Part shown: positions 27,831 to 41,100 of the stretch, piece by piece
How the letters are laid out: every line of letters begins with the position of its first letter
Numbering within the stretch: position 1 is the first letter of the stretch
Assembly: GCA_965637545.1 (NCBI GenBank)
Contig: OZ281501.1
Coordinates: 14,508,001-14,572,000, forward strand
Length of the DNA: 64,000 nucleotides
Source of the DNA: Phallusia mammillata
Taxonomy: Eukaryota
Reading direction: 5' to 3'
Notes under the pieces: generated by a model
The model's input: only the letters and a program-made list of their open reading frames with translations
Told to the model about the DNA's origin: nothing
Databases searched by the model: none
Translations under genes and position numbers: made by a program

Positions 27831-28360
27831 TGCAGGCTACACTTATAAATGCTTTACTTTACTCAAATTCTGTCATATTCACGTTTGCTTACAGGCAAAA
27901 CCCCGTCTGATAGAAACGCACAAATTCACATCTAATGTAGTTGTTTGCTGCTAGAAGAGGTCAAAGTTTTGTTTCTCTAATTACGGTAGATGTCGCCACA
28001 TGCTGCCGCAAGTAGGCCTATATTGGCTGTTTTCAATGACAAGGTACTTGGCCGAATGGTCCGGCGCGCCTGACCAACAAGCTGAGTTAATAAAACCTGA
28101 TCGGAATTCGTCCCCGGGATCATTTTGCGTTCAAACCCCGTGAAAAAACTTCTTTCGTGACAAATTAACAAATTTTCAAACAGATCAACCTTTTGGTTTT
28201 TCGTTTAGATTTCATCTGTTTTGTTTGTTTCTTTTTCAAAACAGCCTAATTTTAGTCGAGTTATTTAATTGATCAGACTTCGACACGTCTACAAATTTAA
28301 AAAAAAATAGTTGATCTGTGCTCTTACACCATTTACTCTCGTGTAGGCTATCTTTTAAAC

Positions 28361-30484
28361 CAGGGCTTCCCAAACTTTTTTGGTCGCGACCCCTTTTAAT
28401 CTCTTTAAATTGTCTGCGACCCTTCTAAAAATACCGGGGCGCGACTTTTGATCATCAGAGGCGACGCCTATACCGTGTGCAGTATCTGTACCCTAATGGG
28501 ACCAAATACCCATGCATTTTACGCGCTTTAGCTTTTAGTTTCTGTCACATTGTTTTGCAAATAGGCACTTGACTCAATTTCTTTTTGTGTTTTGGACAAA
28601 TGCTGAGCGTCGAGAACATAAGCACGTACGTACGGAAAGATTATTTGCCGAATGAGCAATTTTAACAACGATTTAGGTTTTAAGTAATTTGTTACGGCGG
28701 AAAATATAAGTATAATGTAAAGTTAAAATAAAAGTAAAATATTAAAAGTAAAATGTATGATGTATTGTTCCCGCCTAAACTAAGGTCACCTCAGCTTCAC
28801 AAACGGATATTAAACACTGCCTGGAAATCGCAAATTTATTACCTATTTTTATTTTTTTATAGGTGGAAGTTATTGAGATTGTTATTTTGTACAAAAGTTC
28901 TTGAGCAGATGTGGGCAGTTAGATTCAACCAGAAACACGAAAGCTTCAACAGTTAAAACCTAATTTAATTGTTACTACAGCACGTATACGTATAGCAGGT
29001 GTGGCCAACACGTCGATCGCGATCGACTGGTCGATCGCCTGCTTTTGACTGGTCGATCGCCACTAAATTCTCTGGTCGATCGCCTGCTTTTGACTGGTTG
29101 ATCGCCACTAAACTAATCAAACGCTTATTAATTGAAAAACAAATTAAATATTATAAAACAGCACTTCTGTCATTTTGAAACAACGCACACATGTGTAATA
29201 AGACAATACCTAAGTAATTGTCACTTTCTTTGTTGCGTAACAATTGTTATTTTGGCACCAAATTATGTCGTAACAACTACAATGTTTGTCGTCACAACTT
29301 GAGTGTTTGCTTTAACGAAGCTGTTGCTATTGATTGGGGAGATTTAAAAGTTCCCACTGACTACTTTGATAAAAATTGTGTGCATATGCGACGTTTTATT
29401 GTTGTAATAACTAGGTGATACTTGCCAACAAAACTCATGACCATAAATATGTGGCAATTGTCAAGCAAATCGCATGAAAAAATTTGCGTTATTGCTTTGT
29501 GTTAGTGTCAGCCTAAATTACGACTGATCAGTCGATCGCGTACAATTAAGAAAATTTTCGTCGATCTTAACGACTGGCAAGTTGGCCACCCCTGACGTAT
29601 AGGATCCATTGCTCGCAATTCCAACGCAGCTGGTAAAAATTAGTAGACAAGATAATACTACAATTATACGCAAACAATCGCCTTTTTCTTTTGTTGAAAA
29701 CAAGTGGGGCATTACTTGGTAGAGGAGGATCTTATACATTCCACATCAAATTACACTACATTTACCAAATTAAATGTTACTTATTATAAATGTACAAGGT
29801 GTGAAATAACTAAATATTTTGGTATTAAATGTACAAAGTGTGAAAGCAAAACCAATTTGGGAGAAGCTCGTTACCGTTATATTAAAAAGTGTGGTACGTC
29901 AGCCGTCACCATATATAGTCTCAATAAAGTGTCTCTTGTGGCAAATTAAATGCCCAACCTTGGTCACAAAAAAGAGAATCGCCACCCAACACAATTGATT
30001 CAAATCGCAGCATGTGCCCCTGGTGTTTGCTTGAAAGAGGAATAAAATCTTTTAGTTAGTTGAAGTTAGATGAGTCTCATAGTTGTATATATTTATACAA
30101 TTAATAATGTTAAAGTCGCCTCCCTAAGAAAAATCGCCCCCGGGTCCAAAAATGGTCACCATCGCCACCTCGATTCACGAAATCGCCCCCGTTGAAGAAC
30201 CTTGACTTAAACGTTAGTCTATATGTCATGTTTATGTTGCACTAAAATGACTGTGTATTGCAAAACAATTGCAATCGTTGTGTTTCAACCGATGTCTACT
30301 CGATCAAGGGCGTCACTACAAGCGTGTTTGTGTATAGCTGGAAACGTTTTAAAACCGACGTAACTTGCACAAAGATGCTATTGTGACATTATACAACCTG
30401 TGTATGGAGTATTTTGTCGAAAATTGATGCATCTCTCTGCGACCCCTCAAGTTTGTTACGCGACCCCCAGTTTGGGAAGCCCTG
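28361..30484. mobile_element. Non-autonomous hAT (Charlie-like) element, 2124 bp, hosting a nested insertion
   Basis: Perfect 15-bp TIR cagggcttcccaaac / gtttgggaagccctg. Perfect 8-bp TSD ttttaaac on both sides. No transposase ORF recognised. Confidence 0.9.
28996..29594. mobile_element. Nested hAT-type MITE (599 bp)
   Basis: TIR caggtgtggccaac / gttggccacccctg (1 mismatch). Perfect TSD acgtatag. Subterminal gtcgatcgc repeats at both ends. Confidence 0.9.
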
Positions 30485-31394
30485 TTTTAAACGATACTGC
30501 AATTCAATTTACCATGTATTGCACTAATGCAATAGTTAAGAGGTATATTTGGTCGGTATAGCCTCCATGCATAGAAGAACAACGTTATTAAAAAAAAACG
30601 CTAATATGAATTAATATTTTGCAAGAAAATGGAACCGGTTTAAAGTGGTGGTACATAGCCTACCACATGCATGTAACTTTTGAAGGTAAACCTATATACA
30701 CACTTCTGTGACTATTGTGCTGCGAGCAGGTTGTAGATGTTAAGAGTTAAACTACACTACTACAGTATAACAGTATGTCATTAATGTTCAAAATATTTAG
30801 CTGATTTTAACACTTTTTTTTGTCAGGAAGTTTCTGCCCAGGCTACCAATGCTCCTAAATTAAAGCTGTGCAAACAAATAAATCTTTAACTAAGCCAAGA
30901 ATTCTTGAAATTAGCGTCTAGTACAAATTTACAACCCATAAAATTAATTATTAGCCACCGTCTTCGTGCAATCTGGTATCAGCTCAGGGGAGATCACGCC
31001 ACGTCTGCCACAGAAACATTATTTGTCGGCAACAGAGCATGACTGTTTTGGAATAACGTCACAAAATACAAGCGTTGACAGTGACTGACTAAAATGTTAA
31101 AATATTTAATGTTTAGGCCTATTTGCGCTACTTAGCAGAAAATACGTTTTTTGTTTAAAAATTCTGATCAAAAAACGAATTAGGTAGCAAATATTTACGG
31201 CTGCAGTTTAATCAAAACAAGCTGTATGCCTATGGCGGTTTCGCTCATAAATTACGACAAAAGTGATCAGAAAACTGTTTGCCCTTTTTAAAGCTTTACT
31301 TGGTTTCTATACTAGTGCATCATACAATCGTTGTACCACAAATCAGGTTTTGCAAAACGATGGTTTTCAACTTTTTGTGTTTTTAATGTGCACC

Positions 31395-31445
31395 GCTACT
31401 AGGCAACCATGGTGACGTCATACAAATGTAAAGTTACGTCATTAT
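31395..31445 (+). promoter_or_regulatory. Probable DNPEP promoter: RFX X-box-like motif, CRE palindrome and CRE half-site
   Basis: gctactaggcaaccatggtgac (X-box-like), TGACGTCA at 31413-31420, TTACGTCA shortly after. Lies at the boundary between CpG-rich and CpG-poor sequence, ~400 bp before the ATG. Confidence 0.4.
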
Positions 31446-31834
31446 ACAACTGTTTCAAGATGATTCCGTAAATGGACAAGGCTAATGGAAATTAAAATTT
31501 GCCATAATGTGGTTCTCCTATAGTTTCTTGCTCATTTCCTTTTTGGTTCACTCTTTTTTCCTGGTGTGTTTATTAGTTTGTAATTTGTTTTTGCATATTT
31601 GGTAATGAATCAATAAAATACCTTTGTGGACTTATAGATACTGAGGACTGAAGTAAAAATCTTAAATTCTTACTGTTTAAATGTTTACATATTTCTATTA
31701 CTTAACATTGCAGTCTTGTTTTGCTATAGTGTTTAAAAACATGTACTAAAACAACATTATTTTGCACATTTTTATGCAAGGCCAAAAATGAGTAAAATTT
31801 GTTTTGCAGAAAACAGCATTTTTTTGAAGTAACA

Positions 31835-33232
31835 ATGGCAAATAAAACAGCATCCCTTAAGGTTGCCCGTGACTTCATTAAATTTGTAGATGCATGTCCA
31901 TCACCATATCAAGTGGTAGAAGAGTGCAAGTCTCGATTAGTTAGTGCTGGCTTTAAAGAGATCCGAGAGCGGGATCATTGGAATGTTAAACCAAATGATA
32001 AATGCTTTGTTACAAGAAACCAATCTACCATTATTGCATTTGCTGTTGGTGGACAGTACAAACCTGGAAACGGATATGCCATTGTGGGGGCCCACACAGA
32101 CAGCCCATGCTTGAGAGTGAAAGTTAAAAGCACCAGGGTCAAGCAAGGTTTTATTCAAGTTGGAACTGAATGCTATGGTGGTGGTAACTGGCCCAGTTGG
32201 TTTGACAGAGATTTAAAAGTAGCTGGTCGATTGCTTGTTCGAGATGAAAAAAATGTCATTCAGTCTAAATTGGTGCACATTGACCGACCTGTCATGCGGG
32301 TTCCACACTTGGCTATTCATCTCCAAAGAGAAATGAATGATAAGTTTTCCACCAACAAGGAAACTCAGCTGGTTCCCATCCTGGCAACACAAAGTGGATT
32401 TCAGCTAAACCAATGTGGTGAAGCTAAATCAGAAGCCACTGGATGCTCTGCAAAGCACCACAGTGCTTTCATTCAAATGCTTTCACAAGAAGTCAATGCA
32501 TCCCCAGATCAAATTGTGGACCTAGACTTGTTTCTTGCAGACCACCAACCTTCTGCTATTGGTGGAGTACTTGAAGATTTTATATTTGCTCCAAGACTTG
32601 ATAACCTGCTCAGCAGCTACTGCAGTTTGGTTGGCCTTATTGAGTCTTGCAATGCGGGCCTGGATAAGGAAACCTCCATAAGAATGGTTGCTCTCTTTGA
32701 TAATGAAGAAGTTGGGTCACAAAGTGCTCAAGGGGCAGGATCTTCAATCACTGAGTATGTCATGCGTAGGCTGTCTGCTGACACCCAAAATAGCACTGCA
32801 TTCGAAGAAAGCATTCCTAAATCAATGATGATAAGTGCTGACATGGCCCATGGCATTCACCCCAATTATGCAGACAAACATGAAGAAAACTTCAAACCCA
32901 CTTTCGATGGTGGCCCTGTCATTAAAACTAACAATAACCAAAGGTATGCAACAACAGCAATTACTGCTACCATTGTAAGGGAGGCTGCAAGGTATGCTGA
33001 TGTGCCTGTTCAAGATGTTATGGTGCGCAATGATTCGCCCTGTGGCTCCACTATTGGTCCTATTTTGTCCACACGCCTCGGAATGCGCACTGCCGATGTT
33101 GGCGCTGCACAGTTGAGTATGCATTCGTGCAGAGAAGTGTGTGGAGTTTATGCACCAGAGCAGTGTTTGAAATTGTACCGTGCCTTTTACGAAAATTTCA
33201 CCAAAATTGATGCAGCCCTCAATGCAGAGTAA
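31835..33232 (+). CDS. DNPEP: Aspartyl aminopeptidase (M18 family), 465 aa, single coding exon
   Basis: Uninterrupted ORF; first ATG at 31835 (the ORF track starts at an upstream TTG). M18 motifs GAHTDSPCL, SWFDRDL, PRLDN, FDNEEVGS, SADMAH, CGSTIGP and LSMHSCRE are all intact. An acceptor-like gttttgcag ends at 31809. Confidence 0.96.
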   Translation: MANKTASLKVARDFIKFVDACPSPYQVVEECKSRLVSAGFKEIRERDHWNVKPNDKCFVTRNQSTIIAFAVGGQYKPGNGYAIVGAHTDSPCLRVKVKSTRVKQGFIQVGTECYGGGNWPSWFDRDLKVAGRLLVRDEKNVIQSKLVHIDRPVMRVPHLAIHLQREMNDKFSTNKETQLVPILATQSGFQLNQCGEAKSEATGCSAKHHSAFIQMLSQEVNASPDQIVDLDLFLADHQPSAIGGVLEDFIFAPRLDNLLSSYCSLVGLIESCNAGLDKETSIRMVALFDNEEVGSQSAQGAGSSITEYVMRRLSADTQNSTAFEESIPKSMMISADMAHGIHPNYADKHEENFKPTFDGGPVIKTNNNQRYATTAITATIVREAARYADVPVQDVMVRNDSPCGSTIGPILSTRLGMRTADVGAAQLSMHSCREVCGVYAPEQCLKLYRAFYENFTKIDAALNAE

Positions 33233-33649
33233 TTATTTGACAATGTTCCCCACTTTATAATGCAAAGTTCTAATTTGTTTCCAGATTTCTGATATGTTTC
33301 TGTTTCTCATTTGTGATCAACATGATTTTGTATGCCCTGAACTTTATTGCATAATTCCATCTTTTCCTTATGCTTGCCTGTCAATATTGATTTCTAAGCA
33401 AATGTTGCATTAAATTCCGGTGCAAAACATGAGTTTCATGTATATAAATTGTTTATTCACTTCAAGTGCAGGATTTGATGTGCTAAATTTATTTCCGTGT
33501 ATGATTGATAATGATTTCTACCAATGTCACTGTTTAGATTATAGTAATATAGACACTTGTGATTTTTCCGGATTTGCAGATATGTAAGATTAGGATGCAT
33601 AGGTTTCTAGTACAACGGTGTTGTTTGCTTTTCTTGCAATAAGTTATTG

Positions 33650-36600
33650 ATGGCTACCAGTGGAAGTATAGAAGGGATTGTTTACAAATGGACCAACTAT
33701 TGGGGAGGTCAGTTAAAAATTTCACATAAAAATTTGTCTGCTTTAAATTTTCCACATGCATGACAATAAAAGCACATGGTTTAACAAATTTGGATGTATA
33801 CATATCACAAAAAATTGAAGAAATAGTTTTATCATAAACTTGTTTTATGGAAGGATGGCAACCAAGATGGTTGGTGCTGCACAATGGCATTCTGTCTTAC
33901 TACAACAGTGAAGAAGAAGTTGGAAAAGGATGCAGAGCATCTATTAAAATATCGGCCAGTGACATAGTCGGTATGTCATCATGATTTTGTGCACAAGAAT
34001 TTGCTGTTTAAAACACTTGCTGCCTGAATGCCCAGATTTGAATTGTTGTTCTCCACTTACTCTTTTACAACTTGGTAACACAAAAGAATGTTTTTCCAGC
34101 TTATCCTACAGACAATACAAGGTTTGATATTGTTGTTCAAAATGAACAAAGATGGTATTTAAAGACGAGCAACACAGGAGAGCGACAAGGTTGGATAATT
34201 GCCCTGGGCACATCAAAAGCAAGTAGCTCTGATGGAATTACCCAAAACAATCAAGGTAACTTTCTGTTTTTTTGTCGTTTCATTGTGCTAATAAAACAAT
34301 ACATCACCTTATTGTGTTTAATGTGCACAGTAGATCTTGTGTTTAAAATTGTGACCTTAGCTTTTGTTTTGTAGAGTCAATTGAGGCTCAGGGTGAATTA
34401 CGAACGTGTATGAGTGAAGTACGATTGTTCTGTGACCTTCTCGTTCAACAAGCTGTCAATGTAAAACAGGAAGCACAAAAAGACCAACCAGATGTGGAGG
34501 TAGACATACTATAAAAAATACACAATAAATATTTGCCAAAAAGGTTTCAATACTAAAGCCTGTCGTGTTTTGTATCTTTTTGGGCTGTAATATTCATCAG
34601 TATATTTAAGAACATATCCATGTATAGTGTTATAATAATTATGTTTTCATGTATTTTTCATCATTTCTTTGATCAAGTGGAAAATTATACCCCTAACATA
34701 AGCCTGACTTAATCCAAACTATTGTTGTGGCCAGAAATTATCGGACGCTTCCACCCTTCTTTCGACGACTTGTGACACATTTCTAGCCACGTTGGGTAGA
34801 TGTTTGAATATTTCTGAAACAGTCTTTGAGCTGCCATCATCTCCAGGCAGAATGATCATGAGATCGCAATCAGAACAATCTGCACTTCCACAGATAAACA
34901 TGGCAAAATCAAAACACAAAAAAGTAAGTTCTGTTATGCTTTTGTGTACTTTTTAAGGAACACATAGACTAAAACTTACAAAAAGGCCACCTTTCTGGTT
35001 TTTCTTAGAGTTTAGAAATATTCGCATCATATTAATACAATTACTTACTTGCATATACACATCTGTGGATACCCAGTTGTTTTTCTGTAAGTTCTGTTAT
35101 CAGAAATTTTATTCTAATGGTTTTGTTTACATTCCTAGAAATTAAGCGAAAAGGTTTGGTTCCATGAAGAAATATTTTTTCTTATTGTAGCGCTATGCTA
35201 GAAGTGGAGCTGGCACACCACCATCACCAATACACAATGCTTTCAACCAATCACTGGCCAGCATTCCACCTCACTCCATGTCACCTGACAATTTGAACCA
35301 ATCACAGAGCGGCAATTCTGAGAGTTCATCTATAAACAGTTTAACGTTGTCTGAAGCAACAGATTTTAGAAGTTCAAAAGTAACAAGAACGTTGTCATCA
35401 CCTGCTAATACAGGACCAGGATTGTCGAACAATTTGACACTGGATATACACAAACACAAGCCAAATGAAAACAGTACAGAAAACAATGTGGATTATATTG
35501 CTGATGATTCAGACATGGAAAGAATGTTAACATTTTTTAGTGCCATGTTGCACAGGTGAGCTATTTTATGGAACTCTGTAGATGGGTTTAGCAGTTCAAA
35601 ACCACAACTTTAAAAGTGAATCAACTATGTTAGAATGTATTCTACATACACAAACTCTCTAGCAGTTGGGTTTTTTGTTGTGTGTATGAATCAGAAGGTA
35701 AATGTCAAACAGAAAGTTATCATATATTACATTAACATTATTTTGCGTTTGGGAATTCTGTTGTATTAAAACTCATGCTTTGACATTTTATTCCTGACAT
35801 TTAAGACTGGATATCCAATGGACTAAAAACCCTATTAGGCTACTACATATGTCACAATCATGCTGTTGAAATGTATAAAAATGTCAGATAACCAATAATT
35901 TGATCCAAACTAACATGTTAAAATTTGCTTATGATCCTAATGTACAACAAATCAAGGTTTCTTGCAAAAAATTGAAAAATGTTACTACCATACAACATTA
36001 GACTTTTACATTTGTTTGTAGCTTTTCTGACATCTCCCTTGAAGAGGATGGGGGAATTCCCACCATGCCATTTCTTTCAGCCTGCGAAGGCATCGTTCCT
36101 TTCCTTGACACCATTGGTTCCACAGCCTTCGCTCCAGTTAAAATGGATTTTATGGGCAATATTGGGGTGGGTCTGTTTTCATCTTGTTTTGTTTTTGTTC
36201 AGACTGTAAAATGGTGTATAGCTTTAACTGACATTTGGTATTTTTGGATGTACTGTTATAAAATCTTTGGTTAGACATTATTATTTGGTGCATATGTAGA
36301 CCCTTGCACACTGGGATAAACAAAAAAATGGTTTAACATAATTTTTTTTAACATAAACAAATGAAAAAATCAACAATTGTTGTCTAAATTTTTGGCAACA
36401 ATTCCATTATTGTGCTTAATAAACTTAACTGCATCGTAATTTTACAAACAACATACTGTTTTATTTTTGTACAGAAACTGCGAACTAAGTACACATCCGA
36501 GGTGTCAAAATTTGAAACATTGCAAGCAATTTTGAATCAAGAAATCTGCACAGCAACAACAAAAGTTCGAAACTCTGCCACAGACGCCCTCATGTGGCTA

Positions 36601-38103
36601 AAAAGAGGGCTCCGCTTTATCCAAAAGTTTTTGGTCAACTTTAAAAGCGGCGAAAGAAATCTTACTCTTGCACTTAGTAAGAATTTGAACTTTATCTGTA
36701 TTGAGTTAAGATGAACATAAATTCATAACTGGGATCAGCCCTGAAGCATTCGTGCAGACCTGCAATCATGGCACATTCGACTTCCAGTCGTGGTTTAAAT
36801 CCCACGGCAGGCTAGGTTTTTCTAGCTTTGCCCAGGGTTGTCATCGACTTGAAACCAAAAATAAGGACAATCGAAAGATGAAATTTTCATACTAAACAAA
36901 ACAAACGTTTTGGACAAATCTTTGGCAGTTATACGAGCCATGACATATCATATGCAATATTTTGGAAGAAACAATCTGTTTCAGTCACTTCTTGTTCGTA
37001 GAAAATACTTTGTGCATCTCACAACAGCTCAGGTCTAGGTTTACTTTTACTTGTAATAGGGATTTGACCAGTAATTGTTGAAAATAAGACAAAAGGACTC
37101 AAGTCAAAAATAAGGACATTTCTTAGAAATAATGACAATGAATTTTTCTAAGACATAGCCCTTCAAAGTAAGGGCAAATCTTAGAAATAAGGATGGTATG
37201 GTAACCCTGCTTATGCCAGAAAAATATGGGAGTGCTTGGTGACCAGCTGATTTGGTATAATGCCTTTGATGGGTCTGGCATACTATGATTTATCTGCATT
37301 GATGGATGTTTTAACAGGAAATACTGTTCATATACATATATTCACATATTTTTTTGTATTTTACAGATTCAGCCTATGCCTCGACGTTAAAGGTTTATCA
37401 TGGTTGGGTCGTAAAAGGAATATTTGCAGTAAGCGTTACCTAAAAATATGTGCAAAACCTTTGTGCACATGGTTTTCAGCAATTAAGCATTTTGAAAAAC
37501 TGTTTTTTGGAACTTCGTAGTTGTTTGACCTTTACAATTTCATTTGAAAAGTACTAGTAGTATGTAGAATGCTGAACCAAAAATACCATGAAACCAATTT
37601 GTTTTTTAGCTTGCAGTAAAAGCTGCCCCCTATCCAAAAGACTTCATACGTGCATTGGCGCCAAATCCTGATAATGCAGATGACAAAAGGTAACGAATCA
37701 AGATATATGTTCACTTAGTCACATCATTATTAACTAAACACTTCTATCAGCAACTTTAAGAATACCAATTTTACTAAACTTAAAAGCAAGGATAACTCAG
37801 TTAGGTTCATTTTACTTGGTGAAAGAAAACAAATTGACACAACTGCAATTTAAACAATGACCAAACCTAAAATCATTGGACAATGTTAGAACATTACAGT
37901 GTGGGTGGAAAAATTGATAATTTGCTTTCAAATTTTTCTCACGTTTCTACAATACAAATCAAACTGTACTTTGTTTCAATTTCAGATTTATTTCCATTCT
38001 TCTGCAAGATATTGATCAATACACCACTGCAATGGATGTTGTGCTGAATATAATTGACAATTTTTATGAAGAACATGACCTAGAATCCACTGCCGTTGTA
38101 TAA
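33650..38103 (+). CDS. PLEKHA8: PH domain + glycolipid transfer protein domain protein (FAPP2), 11 coding exons
   Basis: Exons 33650-33707, 33854-33970, 34100-34255, 34375-34499, 34735-34923, 35191-35555, 36022-36166, 36475-36676, 37367-37428, 37610-37689, 37986-38103, all GT-AG and in phase. PH domain [29 protein letters not shown]. GLTP domain FAPVKMDFMGNI, VRNSATDALMWLKRGL, YHGWVVKGIFALAV, ending EEHDLESTAVV*. AATAAA at 38190-38195. Confidence 0.93.
36833..37209. mobile_element. Old MITE in PLEKHA8 intron 8
   Basis: TIR cagggttgtcat / atggtaaccctg; internal aaataagga repeats; degenerate TSD (gctttgcc / cttatgcc). Confidence 0.55.
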
Positions 38104-41100
38104 TGTTCTGCATTGCTTTTAAATAACCATCATAACTTTCAATCCAAAATTAAATCTGTCAAAGCACTTCTGAAACACATTCCTTTACAAATAAAGAGAG
38201 AAACTAAGCATTTTTACAACCATGTGGGCATAAAAATATTATATAAAAGAAAAATAATTTGGAGCAAAGCATAAAGGCCAACTAAAGAAAGTATGTTAAA
38301 AATTAGCACAATGAAGTCAAAATCTAATTATTGTAATTAATTCTTAACCCCGTAGACTCACTGTATCATTACCAACTGGACACATACTCGTTATTTGATA
38401 TTAGATGACATTTATATGCAGTTGGTCAGCTACATTGTTTGACAAACTGCTTGCGTTGTTTGTCTATCTCTCAGTTAACAGTTTGTACCAAAATAATTTT
38501 TTTTTCGCTTGCAAAATGTCACTAGAAAATTCAAATCCCTTCAGCAATCCACTTTAACAAAACCAAAAAATGCTTTGTCATGTGTATTTTGCTTGCACAG
38601 CTTTTTACCTTGTATTTGTAAATGTATTATATATGTTGGTCACAATTGCCTTGTCAGTATTGCTTGCCACCCAAATATGAATATTTACTGTCAAGCACAA
38701 TGACAACAAAAAACAAAGCTCCATCTAAACGTACAGATTGATTCGTTCACAAGGGTCAGCAACGCTTTTTGTTAGGGGCCAGTTAAGCTAGTTTTATTGC
38801 CTTTGCAGTAAAATAACCAATGTTTGGCGCATGCAAATTTATTACCACTAAACAGTCACAGCTTAAAAGGGACCATTTTACCCACCCAACACCCATGTTA
38901 CTTCATAACATGATACAGTGTCCAAATTTCATATTGCATTGTTTCTGCCCAATCCAGAAACAAATTGCTAACAGACCAGTACCATGTTATGTATGCTGAC
39001 CCCTAGTAATTATCACTCTACGTGAGTTGTTGTTTTGTTCAAAATGATATCAGTTGCAATTTGTTAGAAGTGAATTTTGTTTAAATTTATTTTTTAATGT
39101 TTTATTTGTTAAAGAAAACTATTCAGCTTCTGTCATAGACAGTGTGTAAAAAACTCTGATCTGCCTTTATATTAAATAGCTTGCACAACACATCAATTTG
39201 TTACAGGCCTTAAAATGCTGTTTGTGTAACATAATGATGTTATCACTCCAATGTTTTACTTGTTAAACAAATGCACATCTGTTAGCACAGTAGTTCCCAA
39301 CGTTTTTGTTCTACTCTTAACTTTTCCCGTACAACACCCAATTTGTTGAAATAAAATAGCATATTCTGTATCCATGGGTCCCTTGTAACTCTCCCATGGG
39401 CATCTTTAAGGTCTGCAAATCCCAGGTTGGGAAGTACTGCTTAGTGAACCATGGTTTGATGTTGTTTGCAGGCGATTTGATCAAGTGATGGTTATGGTGC
39501 TGATTTTGTTGTTTTATTGTAATGGTTACAAATGTCTGACCAAAATCTATCTTCAAAACATTTTCACTGAATTAACACTAAATAGGCATTGTGTATAAAT
39601 TACCCACTGTATTTGTATAAGTTTCATTTTCACATTTTGTTGCATCGTTGTGTTCTGAAATGGGTTCAATGAGTTTTATAAAATGCAGTGATCTAGGAAT
39701 TTGAATATATGTTTCGATGTTGAATGTACGTTACACATAGTCTGAAGTATAACCATTCCATGAATCGTGTGGTGGGTGAATGCACATTTGTTTTTGCCAA
39801 TATTAATGCTAGTAGCTGTATTCTGTGCAATTTGTGTATACCATGTACAACTGTCATATAGCAAATATATAGCATTTTTGTGCATTGTATGTTATTTCAC
39901 AAGGCTATATTCTTCGCAAGTCCATCAGAAAATTGGCTACTGTATTAAGCAGTTTATTTCTTGATTCTTGAAGATTTGGGATAAGACTTAAATCATTGGC
40001 TGTTCCATTTAAACTTGTTTTACATGTTAGAATTGTTCAAAATGAAACTTTTATAACTGTATTGTATCATTCACAGCTAAAAAGTTGTTCCCCCAAAAAT
40101 TAGATTTTCATTTTGCAAATTTTTGTGAGGTTACAGGTTATTATAAATTCTGTGGTTGTGAATGATACACTCAAGTTAAACTAAAAGCCTGAGTAGAGCA
40201 GCACACAAGCTGTTGCATCAATAAGAACTTTACATTGCTGTATACATTTCTCATAATGCGCAAACACAAGTTCAACAATTAAGAACAATTTTTGTGATTC
40301 AAAACGGTCATAGCAAAAAACAAGTAAAGTATTGATTTAACGTACAGACAGTAAAATGGAAAACAAGCGCGAGGCATCCATGCACGACTTAAGAAGAATT
40401 GCAAGTCTGTACAAAAGCAACATTTATGTGACTGATGGACTAAGCAGTCCACTTCAAAATATATGTGATCTTTCATTTAAGTGTACACTTTATTTTTTAC
40501 CCTAACATGAACCAATGGAGCAACTAAATTTGTCTGCAAATTCGCTTGATACGTATAACAATGCAACTGCATACATGGACCACTTTGAGTACTGAAATCG
40601 GTTGCCCAACAAGCTTTGGTAAGTCAAAAATTTTCAGAGGAAATAGGACACGCGCTTTAAGAGATGAAGCATTTTCTTAGCTTATGGTTCTCTATCTAAC
40701 AACTTACCTAAAGCATGTATTTTTTGTGCAAAGTATGTATGGGCAGGGACAATGTATCAGCAGGGACAATGTATCGGCAGGGCTAATAGAAAAATGGCAA
40801 TTAAAAAAAACCTTTTCTGACAATTTATAAATATGCAACATGCAAACGCAAGGGAGTGAAACATGATGAAAATGTGCAACAAATCATATATCATCCTATC
40901 GGGAATGATACAACAATTTGTTACAGCATGTGAAACATAAGACTGACATTTCATTCTTTATGTGAGTTTTGTGTGCAAGAGCATACCCCTAGCTTAGGTA
41001 ACACACAGCAGATTATGTGATAAGCGCATGTAGGGTGTAACATAGCACCAATTTTACAGTACACAGTGTCTTAGCACCATTAATTGTAGCACCTTTAAAG

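Noticed and set aside
29010-29115. Short regularly spaced repeats resembling a CRISPR array
   Set aside because: These are subterminal gtcgatcgc repeats of the 28996-29594 MITE, with no unique spacers, in a eukaryotic context.
31835-33232. Intronless DNPEP as a processed pseudogene
   Set aside because: Full-length open frame, all metal-binding motifs intact, no genomic poly(A) tail or TSD seen.
34719-34919. Protein-like minus-strand ORF
   Set aside because: Antisense shadow of PLEKHA8 exon 5 (34735-34923). The same applies to the minus ORFs inside DNPEP and CLPB.
39270-39560. Possible long (beta1b/beta2-type) CACNB terminal exon further downstream
   Set aside because: Open frames exist but lack recognisable motifs such as LSRQ(D/E)TFD; cannot be supported without RNA data.
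40743-40783. 17-bp tandem repeat (gcagggacaatgtatc); also a 19-bp duplication at 21001-21036
   Set aside because: Only about two copies each; ordinary slippage duplications with no further structure.
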